DNA from: Malacoraja senta
Lineage: Eukaryota
Length of the DNA stretch: 64,000 nt
NCBI GenBank assembly: GCA_038087875.1
Contig: CM075982.1
Coordinates: 26,722,001-26,786,000, forward strand
Reading direction: 5' to 3'
Shown here: in pieces, positions 37,993 to 50,126 of the stretch
Layout: the number at the start of each line of letters is the position of its first letter
How positions within the stretch are numbered: the first letter of the stretch is position 1
The notes under the pieces: model-generated
The model's input: only the letters and a program-made list of their open reading frames with translations
Told to the model about the DNA's origin: nothing
Databases searched by the model: none
Position numbers and translations under genes: made by a program

Positions 37993-39794
37993 GTAGGATC
38001 TTCATGTAGATTTTATAATGGAATAAAACAGTATGGGGCCGAGTTTCCATGTAGGCCACAATCAAGAGATTATACCTAAAATCAGCTTGAATTTGCATTG
38101 CTTAAGTTACTCTAAAAGTCATTGCACAATTGCAAACATTAATTCTGCCATGAGCTACCATAGTAGGCTTTGCAATGAGTAGTAACCTGGTGTAATTTTG
38201 CTAATGGAGTTGCAAAGTCATTCATCAGCAAAATTAAACCTCTAAAGACAAACTTATCACTGGACAAGCCGATGATTGGAAATGTCTGTTTTATGAAAAA
38301 AAAGTTATACTGAACATTTAATAGCTACGTTGTTATACACTAGTTGTTTTCTTAACAAACTGAAATGCATTTTGATGTGAAAAATATTTTTTAATGAGGG
38401 CAGTTTGAAGTGCATTCTTTAATCAGCAGTATCTCTACTTTAAACCAAGAAACGCTCAGTTTATTTCTAGTCAGGAGCCTGACCTGGTGAATTTTATCTT
38501 GAATCCACTGTAAAAGATTATGGGAAAGCCAATACGAATTTTTTTTGGTCAGAACTTACAGAAAATTTCCCTCTGTTTAATTATCTCTGGTCCTGAAGTC
38601 TTGTGAGAGTAAATTTGAAGAAACAAAATGAAACTTGTTTTTGACATTGATACACGGGTATTGTTAAATTCGCGATGGGCCGTGGTTTAAAAATTCCTGT
38701 TAACTATTAGCATTTCAGATCAGCATACTTCAGATTTTTGACCATTAGCCCCAATATCTGTGAAGAAATTTAACATCTTTTGGGTAGGAAAGAAAATTGG
38801 GAGGATGAGCCAAGATACACAACACTCTCTAGAAAGCAACAAAACCGACATGTTAAATGAAGCATGAAGAAATGCTTTCATGTAAAGTTCAAAATAACCC
38901 GTGTACTTGTCATCTGATATCACTGTTGTTAAAAATTATCTGTACTGATCATATTTGCAAACTTCTATGTAAGACAAGTGAGTGCAGTGAGCAGCCTCTA
39001 ATAACATAACTGATTCATTTTTCTAAATCATTATCTTTTTGTTGCACTTCTAACTCCAGAAGATATCATTTTTAAAGTTGTTTTTCTACAAATGTATAAT
39101 CATTTTATATCTACTCAATTAATCCAAAGCTGCAGACATTTTTTTTGCAGTATAAAACTTGTTGTTTTCTTCTAATCCATTTTGTCTGATCCGTTGCCAA
39201 ATGATGAATGGTCCAAGAGGGATATGGGCCAAATGCAGGAAAATGGGACTAGCTCTGGGAGACATTTTGGTTGGCATAGACTAGTTGGGCTGAAGAACCT
39301 GTTTCCATGTTGTGTAACTCCATGACTCAAAGTTTATTACTTGACGAAACAAATGTTTCATCATGGTAATATGTCATCTCACAGATGGTATCTCCTAGTT
39401 CCAGCAGACAAAACCCAGAACGAGACTCAAACTTAAACTCAATTTAAATGTGGGACAAAAGTATTACCATGCAGGATAATAAGATGTGGCTCATCAATTT
39501 GCATCTTAATTGAACAGACAGTATTTTTGTTTTAAAGTAAGTTGTGCAATTTTTCTGGGAATTGCATTCTGTTTCTTTGTATCGTCTGTATTGGAATACT
39601 TTGCATGAGTGGTGTCAGATTTGTCCTCAAACTTGGATAATGAAGGGTCAGGATCTGGCGACAAGGCCTTTCAAGCCTGTTTCACCATTCAATGTGATCG
39701 TGACTGACCAATCCTGCTGTCAACTCTTCTTTTCTGCCAGTTCCCCATAACCATTTCCTTGATCTTTCAAACATTTGGATATCTGCACCTTAAA

Positions 39795-39923
39795 CAGTGG
39801 CGGACTGGGTCTAAAAATATTGGTTGCCAGAAGACAAAGGGGGCCCACTTGATATAGGGGGCCCACTTCATCAGGGGCCCACTTGCCATCGGGCAAGCTG
39901 ACACCCTGGCCAGTCCACCACTG
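39795..39923. mobile_element. 129-bp hAT-type MITE
   Basis: 14-bp TIR CAGTGGYGGACTGG; 8-bp TSD ACCTTAAA (39787-39794, 39924-39931); internal GGGGCCCACTT x3. Confidence 0.9.
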
Positions 39924-40155
39924 ACCTTAAATATATCTGATGATTTGGCCCACACCACCAATGGGAAGAGAATCCTGGAGGTTTACTTCCCATTGAGAAA
40001 ATACATTTCTATGCGTCTGTTTTTCTTCTGATTTTCAGCACTTTTGCTTCTTTATAATGAGCAACCCAATTGCTTTTTAACCAGTTCATTGCAGAAATGT
40101 TTAATTGAAGTTGAGCCGTAGTTTTTATAGAATGGAATGTACCTTAGGGGAAAAA

Positions 40156-40490
40156 GTACACCAAGTGCTGGAGTGATTCAGTGGGTCAGGCAGAATCTCT
40201 GGAGAACATGGGGAGGTGGCGTTTTGGGTGAAGGCCCTTCTTCAGACTGATTGTGGTGATGGCAGGGAAGAAAGCTGGAAGAAAGGACAGAATGAAGCAT
40301 GGCAAGTAATAGGTAGAGGCAGGTAAGGGGAGGTTTTGATAGGCAGATGTTTGGAGAAAGGCAGGAGATAAAAAGACAGACGTTGAGGTGAGGATTGAAG
40401 AGTTGCAGCCAGAGGAAGAGGGAGGGTAAAAACAGGTATGAGTCCAGGTAGGGCACAGGGGAGGGGGGAGAAGAAGAAGGGGAGGGGGGG
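40156..40490 (-). mobile_element. Longer Penelope-like 3' remnant: pyrimidine-rich UTR plus decayed hammerhead
   Basis: Minus strand: ~240 nt C/T-rich tract then CAATCAGT-CTGAAGAAGGG..., continuing into the same arm as the short elements. Confidence 0.65.
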
Positions 40491-41662
40491 TAGTTATGTA
40501 TATCTTGAACCTGCTGTTGCTTTTACTTTTCTACATTTTATTTAACTTGCTAGTTTCAATCAAGAACATCAGACAGGGAGTAGTTAATAGTTGATGCAGA
40601 ATAAATATTGGAATATTGTAATTAAAAAACAGTAATAAAAATGATTTACTGTAATTGTGTTATAATGGTTTTAAATACAATAGTCAAGTAATTGATGATT
40701 TCAATTCTACTTTTATGTGGGAGAAAAGATTTGGATTATTACTTGTTTTATTAATTCATATTTCAAATTTTTTAAAAAACATTTGATGTTTAATATATTG
40801 AGCAATATAGATGTATTTTCAAAATTGCTTTTAACATTGATTCAAGGGATACAGCTTTTTCTCGGCTGGGCCAGCATTGAATATCCCACCCCTAGTTTGC
40901 CTCAAAAAGATACTCCAGCCTTCTTGAATCACTGCAGTCCTGAAGTATGAGTTAAGCCACAATACTGTTAGGGAGGGTATGTCAGAGTTTGACCCAGTGA
41001 CTGTGAAAGAATAGTGAATTTCCAAGTCAGGATAGTATGTGGCTTGGTGGGCAATATCTAACGGGTGGTATTCTCCTGCTTTTGCTGCCCTTGTCCTTGT
41101 AGCTGGTAGAGGTGGGGTTTGGATGGTACTGTCTAAAGAGTCTCGGTGAGTTGCTGCAGTGCATCATGTAGATGGTACAATGCATGTCAATCTGAAGAAA
41201 GATCCCAGTCTGAACCGTCGCCTGTCTAATCTCTTCACAGACGTTGGCTGAACTGAGTTCCTCCAGCACTTTGTGTTTAACTGAAACTGGAAGACTTGTT
41301 GTCTGTCTTGCTCTGTATCATACCACTTAAAGCATATAACCACTGCATCACCTCAGGAGTCCTGTTTTCAAAAGCTTCTTGTTTAACTGTGCTTTAAATA
41401 CATTTTACTGTCTGGCATATTGCCTTCAATTTGTTCAGACTAATACACGCAGCTCAATAACTTGGTGCTTTTCACATAATGTGTAATTTTCTGAGATATG
41501 GTTCAAGTCCACTGTAATTGATTTCTTATTCCTAGACAGGATGTGATCTGGGGGTTGTGAATCTGTATTACTCCTGTGTACTCCTTGAAATTTTGTTTGA
41601 TTGGAGTCTGGGGGAAAACTGTTCGGGATGAATTTGAACTATAAAGATATAGTTGGAGAGAT

Positions 41663-41903
41663 GTGTATAGGAAGGAACTGCAGATGCTGGCGTAAATCTG
41701 AAAATAGACACAAAAAGCTGGAGTAACTCAGCGGGACAGGCAGCATCTCTGGAGAGAAGGAATGGGTAAAGTTTTGGCTCGAGTACCTTCTTCAGACTGA
41801 AGGAGGGTCTGAAGAAGGGTCTCGACCCGAAATGTCACCCATTCCTTCTCTCCAGAGATGCTGCCTGTCCCACTGAGTTACTCCAGTGTTTTGTGTCTAT
41901 CTT
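41663..41903. mobile_element. Palindromic hammerhead element, GTC subfamily
   Basis: 13-bp TSD TAGTTGGAGAGAT at 41650-41662 and 41904-41916. Confidence 0.87.
41805..41840 (+). ncRNA. Minimal type I hammerhead ribozyme motif (predicted)
   Basis: Stem I GGGT/ACCC; CTGAAGA; stem II GGGT-CTCG-ACCC; GAAA; TG; TC cleavage site at 41835-41836. Confidence 0.6.
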
Positions 41904-43681
41904 TAGTTGGAGAGATATACAGCACAGAAACGGGCCTTGCTGACATCCGACACCTGTTTGTTACTTCTACATGAATCCCATAATTTTATACTCTCCACTT
42001 TCCCGTCAACTCCCTCAAGTTTGTACCACTCACCTACATACTAAGTGCAATTTACAACCAACAATTCACCTAGCGATCCATCTCATAGTCATACATATGG
42101 CCTAACTTGCCCACACTAACCGTACGAGTCTGGGATGTGACAACAAACTAAAGCACCTGGAGGGAACCCCATGTGGTCACTGGGAGAATATGCAGACTAC
42201 CCACAAGATTATAGATTGCATAACATTGCCTTTTAGAAAATTATGAAAAAAATATTTATGATTGAATAACATTTAACAATTACTTAAGCGATTCAATTGC
42301 ATTTCTTTGGGTACTAGTGCTATTTAATTTTGTTGACAATTGCTATGTCATAAATGGACATAAGCCAACTTTTTTTTGTTCCTCTGCCCCCCTCCCCTCC
42401 AGTCTCAGTTTATTTTTTTCATCTTTTTCCTGTTCAGTCATTGTATAATGCTTTTCTTCATCCAGCTGCATAAAATAAAAGCAGAAGAATTTAAGTATTT
42501 TGCACCTCCCAAAATACCACCTGCTCTCCCCCATCCACTTCCACCACCCCTCTGCAGACATCACCAGAGGGAGGTTGCCGGCCATTTAGAGGCCTAAAAG
42601 CCTGTTTGATCATTACTTAGCAAGCAGAACGTTCTGTATGGAGCAACCAGTGTTCGGTACAGTTCAGATGCCGCAAACAGAATGTTAAAGACTTCAAAAC
42701 GTTTCTGAGAAATGTTTGAGGTCTGCATAAGTTAGAGCCCAGGGGGTGATCAATGACCCTGAACTAAAAACAGGAAATGCTGAAAATGCTCAGCCGATCA
42801 GGCAGTATCTGTGGAGAGAGAATGTTTTGGGTCGATGACCTTTCATCAGAACTGCACAATGTGGTGACGTTTACAGATTGTTCATAGTGTTTACCAGGAG
42901 TACTAAATTTAATCATCACCATTCGGAAAATACAAGGAATGCTTTGTTTCCATCTGGCCACGGAAGGGTTAACTTTTTTAAAAACAAATCCAGCTTGTGT
43001 TTTCATTAGGCTGAAGTTCTTGGAAATTCAATTCAGAAAGATGACTCCACAAATAGCTTGAAGCAGGAGTGTCGTTTGCAGCCGTCATTAGCTTAAACTG
43101 AATACGGGATACTGAACGTCAGGCGGTCTGAGATACATTTGTCAGCATATGCTGCTGACCTGCTCTTGAACTATTCGTTGTTTTGATTTCCCCCCCCCCC
43201 CCCCCCACCTCCCTCACTTCCGTTGTTATGTTGATTGCCACCTTTTAAATTCTAGAATGCCATCGCTGCTGCTTTGGGACAAAGTGTTCCTAGCTGTGTT
43301 CCCTCAATTTGTTTTCTTAGAACTTCTAGATCTTATGTAATTGATGTGCCCGCATGGGGAAAGAAAGGTGGTGTGAAACACATCATGTGCATAGCTTCGT
43401 TATTCTGTTGACAACAAACTGAAGTAAAGCTTATTTGGTTAACCCAGACAAAGTTGAACGCAGGCTTGTGAAGAGCTTTGTGCAGTAGGCAGTCATATTT
43501 CAAGTGGGAGGTTGTTTACAAGACAGAAACAGTTAGCAGCTTGCCAGCTTTATGTCGAATAACAGCTACTCACTCGCTCCTTTCTATCTGACACCTGATG
43601 TATTAGTTATTTAATGGTTCCGTTTAATCAGTTACAGCCAAAATACCTGCCTCCTGACCGATTGTTGTGTTTTGACTCCAG

Positions 43682-43819
43682 GCAGTGCCCACCTCCAGTG
43701 TCTCCCCGTACTGAGTCAGCTCCAATTCCTGTCCCTACTCAGATCAGAAACTACCAGCGGATTGAACAGAACCTGCATGTCATTTCCAGCCACAACGCTA
43801 ACCCCTATGGATCACCCAG
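43682..43819 (+). CDS. ULK2: ULK2 exon 13 in window
   Basis: ctccag|G...AG|gtatgt; 138 bp; [31 protein letters not shown]. Confidence 0.97.
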
Positions 43820-44007
43820 GTATGTGATTTCTTGCTTTTCTATGTATTTTACCAGGTCACCCTAAAATGCTTGTGTGTGTTGTTCCTGTACAAAGAATCT
43901 ACAAGTGTTTCACCGACGCATAACCTGACTTCTCTTCTAAAATATAAGTACTAGTTTCATTGAGATATCCGCTAGAGCTTTCACCAGCATCTGTGCTGTG
44001 AACAAAT

Positions 44008-44232
44008 GGTGTCTGTACGGAGCTTGCTCGTTCTCCCTGTGACCACGTGGGTTTTCTCTGGATGCTCCGGTTTCCTCCCACACTCCACAGACTTGCAGGT
44101 AATTGGCTTCAGTAAAAATTGTGATTTATCCCTAGTGTGTAGGATAGTCCTATTGTACAGGGTGATCGCTGGTTGGCATGGAGTTGGTTGGCCGAAGGGC
44201 CTGTTTTTGCGCTTTGTCTCTAAAGTAAAGTC
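44008..44232 (+). mobile_element. V-SINE, 5' truncated
   Basis: V-core and tail. Confidence 0.8.
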
Positions 44233-44853
44233 TTAAAAGCTTTCATTCCCATTTGCAAGAAAAAGTGTAAAATATACAATAAACTCCCACAGCCTTTTTA
44301 ATAAAGGTTGAAATTGTTACTTGTTAGTGACTTATTTATTCAGGGAAGAAATTATATTTGCTCCATATTCACCTGAATATTTCAGCTAACTACATTCAAT
44401 TACAGAAGGAAATGGATTTTATGTTAATGTGTTTCAGCAGATCAGTGTGATGTTGCTCAGAGTGACAATGCTGGGATAATTGAGTACAGGAGCTTTCAAC
44501 TGTTGCACAGGCTTGTATAATGTGGGATGGGCACATCAAGTAATATGCAGGAAGTTGATCTTGGGAGTTTTTGCTGATGGCAGGAGCCTGCATGTCATTT
44601 GTATTGGCAACCAAGATATGCAACAATGGTGTCCTGTAGAAGCTGGTGGGAAACAGTCTGCAAATGTGGTAACAAAAGAGAATGGGTCAGGCATTGACAA
44701 GGCTCGAAGCTGGCAGGAAATGGACTGAAAACAAACAATGTGGGTAGTGAGAGCGATAGCATGCAGTTAGTCTAGTCTTTGTGTAACACGTACCTATACC
44801 TGTGTGGTCGTCTCTAACTAAGTTTAAAATTACACAGCAGACACTTAAGTCCT

Positions 44854-45075
44854 AGGTACACAAAAATGCTGGAGAAACTCAGCGGGTGCAGCAGCATCTA
44901 TGGAGCGAAGGAAATAGGTAACGTTTCAGGCCGAAACCCTTCTTCAGTCTGAAGAAGGGTTTCGGCCCGAAACGTTACCTATTTCCTTCGCTCCATAGAT
45001 GCTGCTGCACCCGCTGAGTTTCTCCAGCATTTTTGTGTACCTTCGATTTTCCAGCATCTGCAGTTCCTTCTTTAA
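44854..45075. mobile_element. Youngest-looking palindromic hammerhead element
   Basis: 94-bp arms (44854-44947 / 44949-45042), 1 mismatch, 1-nt spacer; 16-bp TSD CAGACACTTAAGTCCT at 44838-44853 and 45076-45091. Confidence 0.92.
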
Positions 45076-47911
45076 CAGACACTTAAGTCCTGTCTGATTT
45101 GAATAATGTTTCCCACGTCACAATTTATCATCTTGGCAACTTATCTCTAAATGAACAAAAAATATTGGCCTTTCTAGGAAGTCCATTTCCCAAAATCTAA
45201 AGCATAAGTTTTACTCTATATTTTGAAACATGAAGTTTCTATCTGAAGTTTACAGCATGTAAGGTGATTGGAGTCGTAGCTAGTTGAGATGAAGATACCC
45301 CACTGAGTTTGGACCTTTATGACTCCACCAGTGACGTTGTTATGCAAGTACTCCATCAGAACCTCAGTTGAGATTGAAAATAAATCATTTACTTTTCCGT
45401 ATGTTAATGTGCATCCTGCAGCTTAAAATGCATTTGTGGTCCAAAGTCTGCACACTAGTAATGTGCTGAAATAAAATGTTGAAATACTCAATATGATGAT
45501 TTGAGGCACTTGTATATAGAGCATAGAACATTACAGTGTAGGAACAGACCCTTTGGCCCACAATATCTGTGCTAAACACGATGCCAAGATAAACTTGTCT
45601 CATCTGCCTGCCCCTGATCCATATCATGTGTCTATTTAAAAGCTTCTTAAACATCATTATCATACCTGCCTCCACCACCCCTCCTGGCAGTGCATGTTCC
45701 AGGCACCCACCACTCTGTTCTAAAAAAAATCCTTGCTCCACACATCTCCTTTAAACTCTGGCCCTCTAAAAAAAGAAAATTATAAGTGTGTATCAGTATA
45801 ATAATGCTTGTAAGAATGGCATCAAACAGTCTGTAAAATCTGCTGGTCCAGTACCACTGAAGTCCAAAGCCTACTGGATTAATGGAGTTTTACTGTCTAC
45901 AGCAAGTCCCCAGAATAGCAATGAGCAGATAAAGCGACTTTGCAATGTTGCTTGTTTGCTCAATAATGGCACATTATATCATTTGGTAAAATGAGTAAAA
46001 AACCTTAGTTTCCTTTATTTGTTTTAAGGCACCCTTGAATAAGTCTCAGTATGTTGTTAAACCGTTTATTTTTTGCTTTGCTTAGTTCAAATTGTAGTAA
46101 GAAATATCAATGGGATATATTGAGCATTTACATTCTATTTCTCTAGTTTTATACAGTTCAACTATTTTCCATACAATGGAGTTTTTTTCCACCTTGGGGG
46201 TACTCCAATTATTTAATTTTCTGGTCCTTTTGATGATGTTGAAGGTGCCACGAGAAGAGGCTTGTTCATGACCAAGTAAAGCAATCTGAATTGCAGTGAC
46301 TTGGGAGTGTGTGACAAGTCAGTGGGTGTGTTGCTGGGGGTGTCCAGAATAAAGATAGAAAATATTTTAAATATATATGTAAAGGAGAAAAACCACGTCA
46401 ACATGGACTTCCCTATACGAAAATTTAGTACATGTTTCTAAGTTTACAAAATAGATTTTGCGTCAAATCTATTAAACCCAGCAACTGTAAATCGTAAAGG
46501 GCGGCAGCATTGATAGAGACAGAACTTGTGTGTTGTGCCACCTGGAGGTAGGATCTGAGGTCAGCTTTTACCGCAAACCCACGTTAAAAAAACAGTTGCC
46601 AATCTGCAAAAGAATGAAATATACATAGGACAAATCATCTGTTAGCTAGAAATTTAGCGAGAAGATAATTGCACAAAATTCAGGAAAACTTTTCTAACGG
46701 CAGGGGAATATATATATATATATGACGCAAGTGGTAGAGTAAGGGGCCGTCGATGTCGAGAAGGAGATTGACTTGCCAGCAGATGCTACTTCAGTCATTA
46801 GAAATGCACCAAGTGAAAACTTGTCTACATGGGTTATTAAGCTGATGTTCTCCTTGTCCACAAGAATGTTCAATTCGTTTTCTTTGCTAATTGCTTCTGT
46901 GTTGTAATGTCAGTGGAATCTGGTGCTTCCAAGTCATGGTAGAAAACTGCCAAACAAACCCTCCCGTCTTCCCCACCCCGCACTCGCCTGTATCCACCTA
47001 TCACCAGGTTTTATCCCACCCCTCTGCCGACGTTCTCCACCGACTACAATCAGTCTGAAGAAGGGTCCCGACCCAAAATGTCACCTATCCACATTCTCCA
47101 AAGATGCTGCCTGACCAGCTGAGTTACTCCAGCACCTTGTACTTTTTAAAAAATAATTTAAAACCAGATTCTACTCCTGTATTGCCATTGCTTTGGTAAA
47201 CTAGACTTCTATAAGACCACATTAAGATGTATTAAAGAGCTCAAAAAGCCAAGAATGTTGTGAGATAACTTGCCATTTCAAGCACGTGAAACTCTAGAAA
47301 TAATTGCCCCCTTTTCAAAAAAAGGCTGGATTAATGGAGAGTACCGAGGAAAGTTTCACGATGTAGATAGGAGCCATCCAAGGCTTTGATGCTTGGAATT
47401 TGATGCTCTGATGATTTGCCTGTTCATGCACCATCCTAGTGCTGGTTAACTTAATGGATCATCTGTCTGGTAAAGGTTCACTTTTAAAGTTCATCTCCAG
47501 TTTCAGCTCCAGAACCCACAGGAAACCCATGTGTGCACAGGGAGAACGTGCAAACTCCACATGGACATTACCGTAGGTCAGGATCAAGCCAGGGTCTCTG
47601 GCACTGTGAGGCAGCAACTAACTCTATCGGGAGGGAGGGTAGAGTTCTCTCCACACCTCTTTATTCCTCTCCCCAACCTCTTTATCCCAGCTACTCTTTC
47701 TGACTAGATGAAGGGTCCCAACCAGACCTTCACCTATTCCTCCTTGGCTTTTCTTTTTTTTTTGCTTCAGATTTCATCATTTGCAGTCTCTTGTGTGTCT
47801 GGCCCCTGATGGTTTTCATTCATCATCAGTGGTGATCCATTCTGTGTCAGCCCCCTCCCTAAACCCGTGCATTCCTTTTTTAAGATATTATTTTTTGCCC
47901 TCATGAAACGC

Positions 47912-48230
47912 GGGCGCCACAGTGGCACACCAGTGGCGGTTGAGTTGCTGCCTGATAGCGCAAGAGACCCATGTTTGGTCCTGACTATGGGTGCTGTCTG
48001 TACGGAGTTTGTACGTTCTCCCCTGTGACCACGTGGGTTTTCTCCAGGTGCTCCGATTTCCTCCCACACTCCGCAGACATACAGGTTTGTAGGTTAATTG
48101 GCTTCTGTAAAAAAAAATTGTAAATTGTTTCTCGTGTGTAGGATAGTGCAAGTGTATGGGGTGATCGCTGGGTGGCGTGGATTCGGTGGGCCGAAGGGCC
48201 TGTTTCCACGCTGTATCTCTAAAGTCTAAA
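47912..48230 (+). mobile_element. V-SINE (HE1-like), full length
   Basis: tRNA head, V-core, GGGCCGAAGGGCCTGTTTCCACGCTGTATCTCTAAA tail. Confidence 0.88.
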
Positions 48231-48321
48231 TGTAATCAGTGCTTGTGTGTACGAGCCTGAGATGGACAGCATGATGCAAATCAATGTTGTTGTGCATTCG
48301 TTATCTTCTTGAATTTCTCAG

Positions 48322-48467
48322 GTCGGGAATGGTAAAGAGATCTAACACAAGCCCAATGGGTTTCATGAAGCCAACAGGAGGGTCACCAGCCGCAGCTGAT
48401 GCACCACAAAACCCCAATCGCAGACTCTCCACTGGATCGTCCAGGCCCTATTCCCCTTCACCATTAG
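48322..48467 (+). CDS. ULK2: ULK2 exon 14 in window
   Basis: ctcag|G...TTAG|gtgggt; 146 bp; [14 protein letters not shown]...[16 protein letters not shown]. Confidence 0.97.
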
Positions 48468-49390
48468 GTGGGTAAATGGAATGCGTTCAGTATTGTATTA
48501 GAGGTTTTCTTTGTCAGATTTCTATTGCAAGTTGCAGCAAAAACCATGTAGAAGACAGTTTGCCCTGCGCATTTGCAAAGCTGATTCATATTGTAGAGGA
48601 TGTTATTTACAAGGAACTACAGTATTTGTTTAAAACAGCAGTAATCACGGAGGGGAAGAGAAGGGTTCCTACCTGAAACATCACCTGTCCATGTTCTCCA
48701 GAGATGCTGCCTGACCCGCTGAGTTACTCCAACACTTTATCCTTCTTTTTATTTTTAAATCATCATGTTTGTCCTCAAACATGTTGTATTTGTCACTCAT
48801 CCATGCTGATTCTATCAAATCAATTCATACCTCCTCAATGTTTCTGTAAATAGATACCAGTAACCTCCCTGCAATTACTGCTGTGCCTAGAATTATTTAG
48901 TTTAAGATTTTAGGCTTGTGGAATCTAGTTTTTCTTCCTTCCCTGATCAAATGATTTAATGCCATTTATAATTTTCCAATCCTGAGGAGAAATATCTGGA
49001 AACTGAGCCTTTTGAACATTATATTTCATTCATCTTCAATTTTATTATTTTTAATACATTGGAAAAGTAAGTTCAGGTAGAGATTTTATTATCTAAGTCC
49101 CTTTATTTTCTCCACTGTCTTTGTGTTACTCTAAATATTCACAAAGCTCTTCGACATAACTTATTTTGTTTCCCTTATAACACAATTACCTTCACTGAAA
49201 ACTTATTCAAAGCGCTAATTTAACACTTTTTTGGAGGGTTTTATTTTAATGGATCCACAGTTACGGCACTCTTCATTTGTAAAAAATGTCGCAGTTCGCT
49301 TTAAAAGGTCTTCATGTTAATTGAAATGCTCAGGTGATGGTGCATTAATGTTAGAATAAATGCATCTTATTAATGGTTGCATCTCCGCAG

Positions 49391-49471
49391 TTGGCACCAT
49401 CCCTGAACAGCTTAGCCACTGCTGCTGTGGTCTGCCCCAGGGACACGAATCAAGATCCAGAACACCATCAG
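49391..49471 (+). CDS. ULK2: ULK2 exon 15 in window
   Basis: cgcag|TT...CAG|gtgagt; 81 bp; [27 protein letters not shown]. Confidence 0.97.
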
Positions 49472-49918
49472 GTGAGTATTATAAGAAACAAGAGTTAAAT
49501 TCTTGCATATCAGTTGCTCTATGAAATGTGAATTAACAAGTATAAAGTGTATTGGATTAAACATCCATTCCCAACCCGTTCAGCATGAGTACTTGATTTC
49601 ATTTATGTGATCATAGCATCAAGGTGACGAACCTTTTCCATATTCAATAGCATTATTTCAAACAGTTCATGCATTCATTGGGCACTGCTATTTCTATCTA
49701 ATGAGAGATCTCTGCACGATAAGTGGACAAGCTCTGCATTAGTTCATTCCATCACAGTACATCCAATATTTTTCGACTTGTAGAACAAATTCTTGAGTCA
49801 AATGTGTCTGATATTTTGGCTGTTATTGAGGACAAACCTGAAGAGCCAATATTTGCTAAGGAGCTGGGACAGTAGGGAAACTGGAATTTTCTGGAAAGTT
49901 AAACATTAATGAGCCTTG

Positions 49919-50126
49919 AAGATGCAAGGAACTGCAGATGTCAGTTTCCCCCAAAAAACAAAGTGCTGGTGTAACTTGGTGTGTCAGGCAGCATCACTGG
50001 AAAACATGGATAGGTGACATTTGAAGTTAGGACAGTCTGAGGAAGGGCCCCAACCCAAAGTGTCACCCATCCACATTTTCCAGGAATACTGCCTGACCCA
50101 CTGAGATACTTTGTACCTTTGTGTCT
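49919..50126. mobile_element. Older palindromic hammerhead element
   Basis: Degenerate inverted arms; imperfect 14-bp TSD ATTAATGArCyTTG at 49905-49918 and 50127-50140. Confidence 0.7.
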
